Origin: Squalus acanthias
Taxonomy: Eukaryota
DNA: 64,000 bases
Direction of reading: 5' to 3'
Assembly: GCA_030390025.1 (NCBI GenBank)
Contig: JASTWF010000322.1
Location: 1-64,000, forward strand
Shown: piece after piece, positions 52,922 to 64,000 of the stretch
Layout of the letters: each line of letters starts with the position of its first letter
How positions within the stretch are numbered: the first letter of the stretch is position 1
Made by a program: the position numbers and the translations under genes
Notes under the pieces: model-generated
The model's input: only the letters and a program-made list of their open reading frames with translations
The model's database searches: none
Told to the model about the DNA's origin: nothing

Positions 52922-54405
52922 CCCTCCAGCCCCTACAATTCTCATCCTCCTGTTCAAATCCCTCCATGGCCCTCGCCCCCTCCCTATCTCTGTAACCTCC
53001 TCCAGCCCCTACAATTCTCATCCTCCTGTTCAAATCCCTCCATGGCCCTCGCCCCCTCCCTATCTCTGTAACCTCCTCCAGCCCCTACAATTCTCATCCT
53101 CCTGTTCAAATCCCTCCATGGCCCTCGCCCCCTCCCTATCTCTGTAACCTCCTCCAGCCCCTACAATTCTCATCCTCCTGTTCAAATCCCTCCATGGCCC
53201 TCGCCCCCTCCCTATCTCTGTAACCTCCTCCAGCCCTACAATTCTCATCCTCCTGTTCAAATCCCTCCATGGCCCTCGCCCCCTCCCTATCACTGTAACC
53301 TCCTCCAGCCCTACAATTCTCATCCTCCTGTTCAAATCCCTCCATGGCCCCTCGCCCCCTCCCTATCTCTGTAACCTCCTCCAGCCCCTCCAATTCTCAT
53401 CCTCCTGTTCAAATCCCTCCATGGCCCCTCGCCCCCTCCCTATCTCTGTAACCTCCTCCAGCCCCTACAATTCTCATCCTCCTGTTCAAATCCCTCCATG
53501 GCCCCTCGCCCCCTCCCTATCTCTGTAACCTCCTCCAGCCCCTACAATTCTCATCCTCCTGTTCAAATCCCTGCATGGCCCTCGCCCTCTCCCTATCTTT
53601 GTAACCTCCTCCAGCCCTACAATTCTCATCCTCCTGTTCAAATCCCTCCATGGCCCTCGCCCCCTCCCTATCTCTGTAACCTCCCCCAGTCCCTACAATT
53701 CTCATCCACCTGTTCAAATCCCTCCATGGCCCTCGCCCCCTCCCTATCTCTGTAACCTCCTCCAGCCCCTACAATTCTCATCCTCCTGTTCAAATCCCTG
53801 CATGGCCCTCGCCCTCTCCCTATCTTTGTAACCTCCTCCAGCCCTACAATTCTCATCCTCCTGTTCAAATCCCTCCATGGCCCTCGCCCCCTCCCTATCT
53901 CTGTAACCTCCCCCAGTCCCTACAATTCTCATCCACCTGTTCAAATCCCTCCATGGCCCTCGCCCCCTCCCTATCTCTGTAACCTCCTCCAGCCCCTACA
54001 ATTCTCATCCTCCTGTTCAAATCCCTTCAGGGCCCCTCGCCCCCTCCCTATCTCTGTAACCTCCTCCAGCCCCTACAATTCTCATCCTCCTGTGCAAATC
54101 CCTCCATGGCCCTCGCCCCCTCCCTATCACTGTAACCTCCTCCAGCCCTACAATTCTCATCCTCCTGTTCAAATCCCTCCATGGCCCCTCGCCCCCTCCC
54201 TATCTCTGTAACCTCCTCCAGACCCTACAATTCTCATCCTCCTGTTCAAATCCCTCCATGGCCCTCGCCCCCCTCCCTATCTCTGTAACCTCCTCCAGCT
54301 CCTGCAATTCTCATCCTCCTGTTCAAATCCCTCCATGGCCCTCGCCCCCCTCCCTATCTCTGTAACCTCCTCCAGCCCCTACAATTCTCATCCTCCTGTT
54401 CAAAT
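52922..54405 (+). repeat. 76-bp L2-derived minisatellite (~19 units), opposite orientation to the other two arrays
   Basis: Reverse complement of the 1760-4520 unit. Confidence 0.93.
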
Positions 54406-54409
54406 GCCT

Positions 54410-55135
54410 CCTTTTATTCCCTCGAGTGTAGAAGATTAAGGGGCGATCTAATCGAGGTGTTTGAGATGATTAAAGGATTCGATTGAGCAGAATTGTTCCA
54501 GGGATGAGGGACTTCAGTGATGTGGAGAGACTGGAGAAGCTGGGGTTGTTCTCCTTAGAGCAGAGATGGTTAAGGGGAGATTGACCAGAATGGTACCAGG
54601 GATGAGGGACTTCAGTGATGTGGAGAGACTGGAGAAGCTGGGGTTGTTCTCCTTAGAGCAGAGATGGTTAAGGGGAGATTGACCAGAATGGTACCAGGGA
54701 TGAGGGACTTCAGTGATGTGGAGAGACTGGAGAAGCTGGGGTTGTTCTCCTTAGAGCAGAGAAGGTTAAGAGGAGATTTAATAGAGGTGTTCAAAATCAT
54801 GAGGGGTTTTAATGGAGTAAATAAGGAGAAACTGTTTCCAGTGGCAGGAGGGTGGGTAACCAGAGGACACAGATTGAAGATAATCGGCAAAAGAACCAGA
54901 GGGGGAGATGAGGAAACATTTCTTTACGCAGCGAGTTGTTGTGATCTGGAACGCGCTGCCTGAAAGGGCGGTGGAAGCAGATTCAATAGTAACTTTCAAA
55001 AGGGGAATTGGAGAAATACTTGAGGGGGAAAAATTTACAGGGCTGTGGGGAAAGAGCGAGGGAGAGTGGGACTAATTGGAGAGCTCGAGCAAAGAGCCGG
55101 CACAGACACGATGGGCCGAATGGCCTCCTCCTGTT
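54410..55135 (+). mobile_element. CR1 3' fragment with ~101-bp segment present three times
   Basis: gatgagggacttcagtgatgtggagagactgg at ~54502, 54601 and 54700, then ORF2 end and 3' UTR. Confidence 0.88.
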
Positions 55136-56438
55136 CCTGTGTAACAGGATCGAGGGGGCTGAATGGGCCTCCTCCTGTTCCTGTGTAACAGGCTCGAGGG
55201 GCTGAATGGACCTCCTCCTGTTCCTGTGTAACAGGCTCGAGGGGGCTGAATGGGCCTCCTCCTGTTCCTGTGTAATATGCTCGAGGGGGCTGAATGGGCC
55301 TCCTCCTGTTCCTGTGAAACAGGCTCGAGGGGCTGAATGGGCCTCCTCCTGTTCCTGTGTAACAGGCTCGAGGGGCTGAATGGGCCTCCTCCTGTTCCTG
55401 TGTAACAGGCTCGAGGGGGCTGAATGGGCCTCCTCCTGTTCCTGTGTAATATGCTCGAGGGGGCTGAATGGGCCTCCTCCTGTTCCTGTGTAACAGGCTC
55501 GATGGGGCTGATTGGGCCTCCTCCAGTTCCTGTGTAACAGGCTCGATGGGGCTGAATGGGCCTCCTCCTGTTCCTGTGTAACAGGCTCGATGGGGCTGAA
55601 TGGACCTCCTCCTGTTCCTGTGAAACAGGCTCGAGGGGCTGAATGGGCCTCCTCCTGTTCCTGTGTAATAGGCTCGAGGGGCTGAATGGGCCTCCTCCTG
55701 TTCCTGTTTAACAGGCTCGAGGGGCTGAATGGGCCTCCTCCTGTTCCTGTGTAACAGGCTCGAGGGGCTGAATGGGCCTCCTCCTGCTCCTGTGTAACAG
55801 GCTCGAGGTGGATGAATGGGCCTCCTCCTGTTCCTGTGTAACAGGCTCGAGGGGCTGAATGGACCTCCTCCTGTTCCTGTGTAACAGGCTCGAGGGGCTG
55901 AATGGACCTCCTCCTGTTCCTGTGTAACAGGCTCAAGGGCCTGAATGGGCCTCCTCCTGTTCCTGTGTAACAGGCTCGAGGGGCTGAATGTGTCTCCTCC
56001 TGTTCCTGTGTAACAGGCTCGAGGGGGCTGAATGGGCCTCCTCCTGTTCCTGTGTAACAGGCTCGAGGGGCAGAATGGGCCTCCTCCTGTTCCTGTGTAA
56101 CAGGCTCGATGGGGCTGAATGGGCCTCCTCCTGTTCCTGTGTAACAGGCTCGAGGGGCTGAATGGGCCTCCTCCTGTTCCTGTGTAACAGGCTCGAGGGG
56201 CTGAATGGGCCTCCTCCTGTTCCTGTGTAACAGGCTCGAGGGGCTGAATGGGCCTCCTCCTGTTCCTGTGTAACAGGCTCGAGGGGGCTGAATAGGCCTC
56301 CTCCTGTTCCTGTGTAACAGGCTCGAGGGGCTGAATGGCCCTCCTCCTGTTCCTGTGTAACAGGCTCGAGGGGCTGAATGGGCCTCCTCCTGTTCCTGTG
56401 TAACAGGCTCGAGGGGCTGAATGGGCTTCCTCCTGTTC
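55120..56438 (+). repeat. 43-44-bp tandem repeat (~30 units) resembling a CR1 3'-terminal stem-loop
   Basis: Unit aacaggctcgaggggctgaatgggcctcctcctgttcctgtgt; compare CR1 end gcaggctcgaggggccgaatggcctactcctgctcct. Confidence 0.9.
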
Positions 56439-56582
56439 CCCCTTTAAGATCCATGCCTTCAACAGGACTTTGGTTGAAACAATAATTACGTGGGTCTTCG
56501 TTGATGCCATCTAATGGACCAATCAGATCAGAGCAAATGGACTTCATTGACGTCACCTAATCATCCAATCAGATCAGAGAAG

Positions 56583-57092
56583 GTTCTGGGCGCCACACTG
56601 TCGTAGGGATGTCAAGACCTTGGAGAGGGTTGCGATCAGATTGACCAGAATGGGACCAGGGATGAGGGTGTTCAGTGATGTGGAGAGACTGGAGAAGCTG
56701 GGATTGTTCTCCTTAGAGCAGAGAAGGTTAAGGGGAGATTTGATAGAGATGTTCAAAATCATGAAGGATTTTCTGTTTCCAGTGGCAGGAGGGTGGGTAA
56801 CCAGAGGACACAGATTGAAGATAATCGGCAAAAGAACCAGAGGGGGAGATGAGGAAACATTTCTTGACGCAGCGAGTTGTTGTGATCTGGAACGCGCTGC
56901 CTGAAAGGGCGGTGGAAGCAGATTCAATAGTAACTTTCAAAAGGGAATTGGATAAATACTTGAAGGAGAAAATTTGCAGGGCTGTGGGGAAAGAGCGAGG
57001 GGGGAGTGGGACTAATTGGAGAGCTCGACCAAAGAGCCGGCACAGGCACGATGGGCCGAATGGCCTCCTTCTGTGTTGTCTCGTTCTATGAT
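56583..57092 (+). mobile_element. CR1 3' fragment
   Basis: ORFs 56620-56904 and 56849-57091. Confidence 0.85.
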
Positions 57093-57157
57093 GATATGAC
57101 TTTTTAACATGGGAATTCATTAATGTCACCTGATGGACCAATCAGATCACAGAAAAT

Positions 57158-58165
57158 GGTGATAGGCGGGCTCTGTCGGGGTCTTGATTGTGATAGGACC
57201 GTGCTATCAGGGTTTTGATTGTGATAGGACGAGGCTATTGGCTTCTTTATTGTGATAGGACCGTGCTTTCAGGGTCTTGATTGTGATAGGCTGGGGATAT
57301 GCTTGTCTTGATTGTGATTGGATGGGGCTGTTGGGTTCTTGATTGTGATAGGACGGAATGTTGGGTTCTTGATTGTGATTGGACGGGGCTGTTGGGGTTT
57401 TGATTGTAATAGGACGATTTATTGTGGTCTTGATTGTGATAGGACAAGGGCTGTCAGGGTCTTGATTGTGATAAGACGAGGCTGTTGGGGTCTTGATTGT
57501 GATAGGACAAGGGCTGTCGGGGTCTTGATTGTTATAGGACGAGGCTGTTGTGGTCTTGATTGTGATAGGACAAGGGCTGTCGGGGTCTTGATTGTGATAG
57601 GACGAGGCTGTTGGGGTCTTGATTGTGATAGGACGAGGCTGTCAGGGTCTTGATTGTGATAGGACGAGGCTGTCGGGGTCTTGATTGTGATAGGACGAGG
57701 CTGTTGGGGTCTTGATTGTGATAGGACGAGGCTGTCAGGGTCTTGATTGTGATAGGATGAGGCTGTCGGGGTCTTGATTGTTATAGGACGAGGCTGTTGT
57801 GGTCTTGATTGTGATAGGACAAGGGCTGTCGGGGTCTTGATTGTGATAGGACGAGGCTGTTGGGGTCTTGATTGTGATAGGACGAGGCTGTCAGGGTCTT
57901 GATTGTGATAGGACGAGGCTGTCGGGGTCTTGATTGTGATAGGACGAGGCTGTTGGGGTCTTGATTGTGATAGGACGAGGCTGTCAGGGTCTTGATTGTG
58001 ATAGGACGAGGCTGTCGGGGTCTTGATTGTGATAGGACGAGGCTGTCGGGGTCTTGATTGTGATAGGACGAGGCTATTGGGTTCTTGATTGTGATAGGAC
58101 GAGGCTATTGGGTTCTTGATTGTGATAGGACGAGAGCTGTCGGGGGCTTGACTGTGATAGGACAG
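57158..58165. repeat. 31-bp minisatellite (~32 units)
   Basis: Unit ggggtcttgattgtgataggacgaggctgtc; more diverged at the left end. Confidence 0.93.
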
Positions 58166-58654
58166 CAGGGGGGAGGGGTAGAGGCAGGGGGTGCTGTTGG
58201 CGTCTTTACGAGGAGGCCCGAACTGCAGCCAAATGTGTCAACGTTTAGCCCCCTCTCCCTCCCCGCAGTGAAAGAGAAAGAGATTATTTGTCAAAAAAAA
58301 ATATTTGTTCAGAGGTTGGTCATGTGTGTCGTCACGGGTCTTAAACGGCCAAGCACGTCAATCGATCAAAAGATGGGGCTTATTATCATTTTTAATTTAA
58401 TATTAATATTAATTATTCTATGAACATCTCTATCAAATCTCCCTCTTAACCTTCTCTGCTCGAAGGAGAACAATCCCAGCTTCTCCAGTCTCCACATCAC
58501 TGAAGTCCCTCAATCACAATCTGTAACCTCATGGCCCGGCGTATCCCTCACTCCAGCATTACCATCAAGCCAGGGGACCAACCCTGTTTCAATGAGGAGT
58601 GTTGAAGAGCATGCCAGCACCAGGCGTACCTAAAAATGAGGTGCAACACAGGAC

Positions 58655-59700
58655 TTATTTATTCATTCCTGGGATGTGCGCGTCGCTGGCAAGGCCAGCA
58701 TTTATTGTCCATCTCTAATTGCCCTTGAGAAGGTGGTGGTGAGCCACCCTTCTTTGGTACAACTGAGTCGTTTGCTAGGCCATTTCAGAGGACAGTTAAG
58801 AGTCAACCACATTGCAGTGGGTCTGGAGTCACATATCGGCCAGACCAGGTGAGGGCAGCAGATTTCCTTCCACTAAAGGACATTAGTGAACCAGATGGGT
58901 TTTTACGACAATCCGGTAGTTTCATGGTTACCATTAAGTGGTAGTTTTACCATAGTTTTACCATACCATGGCAGTACAAAGAAGGTTCACTCGGTTAATC
59001 CCGGGGATGAGGGGGTGGACATATGAGGAGAGGTTGGGTAGATTGGACTCTACTCATTGGAGTTCAGAAGAGTGAGAGGCGATCTTATTGAAACATATAA
59101 GATTGTGAAGGGGCTTGATCGGGTGGATGCGGTAAGGATGTTCCCAAGGATGGGTGAAACTAGAACTAGGGGGCATAATCTTAGAATAAGGGGCTGCTCT
59201 TTCAAAACTGAGATGAGGAGAAACTTCTTCACTCAGAGGGTAGTAGGTCTGTGGAATTTGCTGCCCCAGGAAGCTGTGGAAGCTACATCATTAAATAAAT
59301 TTAAAACAGAAATAGACAGTTTCCTAGAAGTAAAGGGAATTAGGGGTTACGGGGAGCGGGCAGGAAATTGGACATGAGGCTGAGTTCGGATCAGTCAAGG
59401 CCCTGTGGGTGGCGGAGCGGGCCCAGGGGCTGAGTGGCCGGGTCCTGCTCCTACTTCTTGTGTTATTTAGATTTGAGGTGAGGATCAGATCAGCCATGAT
59501 CTTATTGAATGGCGGAGCAGGATCGAGGGGCCGATTGGCCTACTCCTGCTCCTATTTCTTATGTTCTTAATACTGATACGAGCTTTTTATTCCAGATTTA
59601 TTTAATTAACTGAATTTAAATTCCCCAGCTGCCTGTGGTGGGATTTGAACTCATGCCTCTGGATTACTAGTCTAGTAACATAACCACTATGCTGCCCGTT
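58655..59700 (-). mobile_element. tRNA-derived SINE whose 3' tail matches the host LINE 3' end; interrupted by a CR1
   Basis: Minus-strand head gggcagcatagtggtta...gagttcaaatccc at 59630-59698; tail 58655-58750 matches ~61553-61640. Confidence 0.75.
58970..59569 (+). mobile_element. CR1 3' fragment, same subfamily as 32899-35267
   Basis: ORF end ...GYGERAGNWT; duplicated 3' UTR stem-loop; ttcttatgttctt tail. Confidence 0.9.
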
Positions 59701-61659
59701 CCCAGTATGCATGCATGCTAAAAAGCGGAAGCAGCATGCTATAGACAGGGCTAAGCGATCCCACAATCAACGGATCAGATCAAAGCTCTGCAGTCCTGCC
59801 GCATCCAGTCGTGAATGGTGGTGGACCATTAAACAACTAACGGGAGGAGGCGGCTCCATGAATATCCCCATCCTCAATGATGGTGGAGCCCAGCACGTGA
59901 GTGCAAAATACAAGGCTGAAGTGTTTGCAACCATCTTCAGCCAGAAGTTCCGAGTGGATGATCCATATCGGCCTCCTCCTGAGGTCCCCACCATCAGAGA
60001 AGCCAGTCTTCAGCCAATTCGATTCACTCCACGTGATATCAAGAAACGGCTCAGCGCACTGGATACAGCAAAGGCTATGGGCCCCGACAACATCCCGGCT
60101 ATCGTGCTGAAGACTTGTGCTCCAGAACTAGCCACGCCTCTAGCCAAGCTGTTCCAGTACAGCTACAACACTGGCATCTATCTGACAATGTGGAAAACTG
60201 CCCAGGTATGTCCTGTCCACAAAAAGCAGGACAAATCAAATCCAATCCAGCCAATTACCGCCCCATCAGTCTACTCTCAATCATCAGCAAAGTGATGGAA
60301 GGTGTCATCGACAGTGATATCAAGCGGCACTTACTCAGCAATAACCTGCTCACTGATGCCCAGTTTGGGTTCCGCCAAGACCACTCGGCTCCCGACCTCA
60401 TTACAGCCTTGGTCCAAACGTGGACAAAGGAGCTGAATTCCAGAGGTGAGGTGAGAGTGACTGCCCTTGACATCAAGGCAGCATTTGACCGAGTGTGGCA
60501 TCAAGGAGCCCTAGTAAAACTGAAGTCAATGGGAATCAGGGGGAAAACGCTCCACTGGCTGGAGTCATACCTAGCACAAAGTAAGATGGTTGTGGTGGTT
60601 GAAGGTCAATCATCACAGCCCCAGGACATCGCTGCAGGAGTTCCTCAGGGCAGTGTCCTAGGCCCAACCATCTTCAGCTGCTTCATCAATGACCTTTCCT
60701 CCATCATAAGGTCAGAAGTGGGGAAGTTTGCTGATGACTGCACAGTGTTCAGTGCCATTCGCAACTCCTCAGATAATGAAGCAATCCCTGCCCGCATGCA
60801 GCAAGACCTGAATGACATTCAGGCTTGGGCTGATAAGTGGCAGGTAACATTCGCGCCACAGAAGTGCCAGGCAATGACTATCTCCAACAAGTGAGCATCT
60901 AACAACCGCCCCTTGACATCCGCATCATGACATTCAATGGCATTACCATTGCCGAATCCCCCACCATCAACATCCTGGGGTCACCATTGACCAGAAACTT
61001 AACTGGACCAGCCACATAAATACTGTGGCTACAAGAGCAGGTCAGAGGCTGGGTATTCTGCGGCGAGTGTCTCACCTCCTGACTCCCCAAAGCCTTTCCA
61101 CCATCTACAAGGCACAAGTCAGGAGTGTGCTGGAATACTCTCCACTTGCCTGGATGAGTGCAGCTCCAACAACACTCAAGAAGCTCGACACCATCCAGGA
61201 CAAAGCAGCCCGCTTGATTGGCACCCCATCAATCACCTTAAACATTCACTCCCTCCACCACCGGCGCACCGTGGCTGCAGTGTGTACCATCTACAAGATG
61301 CACTGCAGCAACTCGCCAAGGCTTCTTCAGCAGCACCTCCCAAACCCGCGACCTCTACCACCTAGAAGGACAAGGGCAGCAGGCGCATGGGAACACCACC
61401 ACCTCCAAGTTCCCCTCCAAGTCACACACCATCCCGACTTGGAAATATATCGGCCGTTCCTTCATCGTCGCTGGGTCCAAATCCTGGAACTCCCTCCCTA
61501 ACAGCACTGTGGGAGCACCTTCACCACACGGACTGCAGCGGTTCAAGAAGGCGGCTCACCACCACCTTCTCAAGGGGCAATTAGGGATGGGCAATAAATG
61601 CTGGCCTTGCCAGCGCCGCCCAGATCCAATGAACGAATATTTTAAAAAAGGTGGAAGTC

Positions 61660-62518
61660 ATTCAATCATAGAAGGGTTACAGCACAGAAGGAAACCATTC
61701 GGCCCGTCGAGCCCGTGCCGGCTCTCTGCAAGAGCACTTCAGCTAGTCCCACTCCCCCGCCCTTTCCCCGTAGCCCTGCAAATTTATTTCCTTCAGGTAC
61801 TTATCCAATTCCCCTTTTGAAAGCCACGATTGAGTCTGCCTCCACCACCCTCTCAGGCAGTGCATTCCAGATCCTCACCACTCGCTGCGTAAAAAAGTTT
61901 TTCCTCATGTCGCCTTTGGTTCTTTTGCCAATCACCTTAAATCTGTGTCCTCTGGTTCTCGACCCTTCTGCCAATGGGAACAGTTTCTCTCTATCTACTC
62001 TGTCCAGACCACTCATGATTTTGAACACCTCGATCAAATCTCCTCTCAACCTTCTCTGCTCCAAGGAGAACAACCCCAGCTTCTCCAGTCTATCCATGTA
62101 ACTGAAGTCCCTCATCCCTGGAACCATTCTTGTAAACCTTTTCTGCACCCTCTCTAAGACCTTCACATCCTTCCTAAAGTGCAGTGCCCAGAATTGGATC
62201 TACTCTGTCCAGACCATGTAACTGAAGTCCTTCATCCCTGGTACCATTCTGGTCAATCTCCCCCTTAACCCTCTCTGCTCGAAGGAGAACAACCCCAGCT
62301 TCTCCAGTCTCTCCACATCACTGAAGGCCCTCATCCCTGGTACCATTCTGGTCAATCTCCCCCTTGACCTTCTCTGCTCCAAGGAGAACAACCCCAGCTT
62401 CTCCAGTCTCTCCACATCACTGAAGTCACCTCATCCCTGGTGCCATTCTCGTAAATCTTTTCTGCACCCTCTCTAAGGCCGTCACATCCTTCCTAAAGTG
62501 CGGTGCCCAGAATTGAAC
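61660..62518 (-). mobile_element. CR1 3' fragments with internal ~101-bp duplications
   Basis: ORFs 61801-62166 and 62200-62415. Confidence 0.88.
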
Positions 62519-62521
62519 ATT

Positions 62522-64000
62522 GAAGGAGAAAAAGTGGGAAAAGGTGCGAGAATAAGAAAAATAGATATAAAAATTAAGGTGTTGACATGATGGGTGATGT
62601 CACTGAATCTAAGCGGTCTAGGATGCCAATTAATAAAAAAAGCAAACGGTTCAAATTTATTTTTTAATTACTCTATAATAAGTTCGAAGTCAAAAGTAGG
62701 AAAAAAAGTGGAGAAAGATTAGGGATTAAGAAAAATATATTAAAAAGCCAGGTGATCACATGATGGGTGATGACAGGGACCTAAAATGGTCAATTAATAA
62801 AGCAGGAAGCTGGCTTATTATGGTTTATATTTATTTTTTAATTATTGTACGCTAAGGTGGAAGTAATTGGTAGGAGGAAAACTGGAGAAAGATTTGAGAT
62901 TAATGAAAAAATAGATTAAAAAGACAGGTGGTCACATGATGGGTGACGTCAGCCATTTTAAACGGTAAAGTTAATAATTGATAAGACACAAAACATAGAA
63001 ACATAGAAGATAGGAGCAGGAGTAGGCCATTCGGCCCCTCGAGCCTGCTCCGCCATTCAATGAGATCATGGCTGATCATCCAAATTCAGTACCCTGTCAC
63101 TGCCTTCTCCCCATATCCCTTGATCCTTTTAGCCTTAAGAAATATATCTAACATCTTCTTGAATCTATTTAATGAATTGGACTCTACTGACTTCTGTGGT
63201 AGAGAATTCCACAGGTTCACCACTCTCTGGGTGAAGAAATTCCTCCTCATCTCAGTCCTAAATGGCTTACCCCTTATCCTTAGACTGTGACCCCTGGTTC
63301 TGGACTCTCCGACCATCGGGAACATCCTTCCTGCATCTAGTTTGTCCAGACCTGTCAGAATTTTATATGTTTCGATGAGATCCCCTCTCATTCTTCTAAA
63401 CTCCAGCGAGTATAAGCCCAATCGACCCAATCTCTCTTCATACATCATTCCTGCCATCCCAGGTATCAGTCTGGTGAATCTTTGCTGCACTCCCTCCATG
63501 GCAAGAACATCCTTCCTCAGATAAGGCGACCAAAACTGCACACAATACTCAAGGTGTGGTCTCACCAAGCAAGGCCTTGTACAACTGCAGCAAGACATCC
63601 TGGCTCCTGTACTCGAATCCTCTCGCTACGAAGGCCAACATACCATTTGTCTTCTTCACCGCCTGCTGCACCTGCATGCTTACCTTCAGCGACTGGTGCA
63701 CAAGGACACCCAGGTCTCGTTGCACTTCCCCTTTTCCCAATCTATTGCCATTCAGATAATAGTCTGCCTTTCTGTTTTTGACACCAAAGTGGATAACCTC
63801 ACATTTATCAACGTTATATTGCATCTGCCCAATCGGGCTTATTATGGTCCCAACGCATTTTTTAAATGATTCTACGATAATGTGGAAGTCTACAGTTGGA
63901 GAAAAAGTAGAAAAAGGTGCGAGAATAAGTAAAAATAGACATCAAAATGGAGGTGGGGCCATGATGTGCGACGTCAGCCATTTTAAACGGGTCCAGCGGC
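62522..64000. repeat. Diverged AT-rich ~175-bp tandem repeat interrupted by a CR1
   Basis: catgatgggtga motif at 62586, 62759, 62935 (spacing 173 and 176) and a variant at ~63960. Confidence 0.7.
62992..63829 (-). mobile_element. CR1 LINE 3' fragment
   Basis: ORFs 63086-63598 and 63549-63824; catagaaacatagaa tail. Confidence 0.92.

Larger units (their letters stand above)
58515..61650 (+). mobile_element. CR1/L2-group LINE (second family), RT region to 3' end, interrupted at ~58655-59704
   Basis: KAMGPDNIP, NYRPISLLS, QFGFR, LDIKAAFDRVWH, GVPQGSVLGP, FADD; frameshifts and stops. Confidence 0.9.

Noticed and set aside
54983..56556. 207-491 aa repetitive ORFs
   Set aside because: Translations of the 43-44 bp tandem repeat with drifting frames

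Overview
Repeat-dense vertebrate genomic DNA, most likely from a cartilaginous fish (inferred from the Deu-domain SINE and the CR1 families present). Three spliced host genes can be reconstructed by hand. (1) A complete 5-exon GSG1/GSG1L-family tetraspan gene on + (1177-39510, 292 aa). (2) ATG12 exons 2-4 on - (46972-42488); exon 1 is not visible. (3) The first two coding exons of RASIP1 on - (52226-48096), including the RA domain. A 200-N assembly gap (47736-47935) separates RASIP1 from ATG12, and their facing exon ends are phase-compatible. Most of the remainder is tandem repeat, much of it amplified out of transposon sequence: a ~20 kb 88-bp array from a DeuSINE, 76-bp arrays from L2 ORF2, and 51-, ~101- and 43-bp repeats from CR1. 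There are also 68-, 46-, 42-, 31- and ~175-bp repeats and kb-scale microsatellites. Mobile elements include many 5'-truncated CR1/L2-group LINEs, tRNA-derived SINEs, a hAT-type element and Penelope-like remnants with minimal hammerhead ribozyme motifs. Almost all ORFs in the supplied track are repeat artefacts. Repeat coordinates are approximate and all family names come from recognition, not database searches. No new system is proven.
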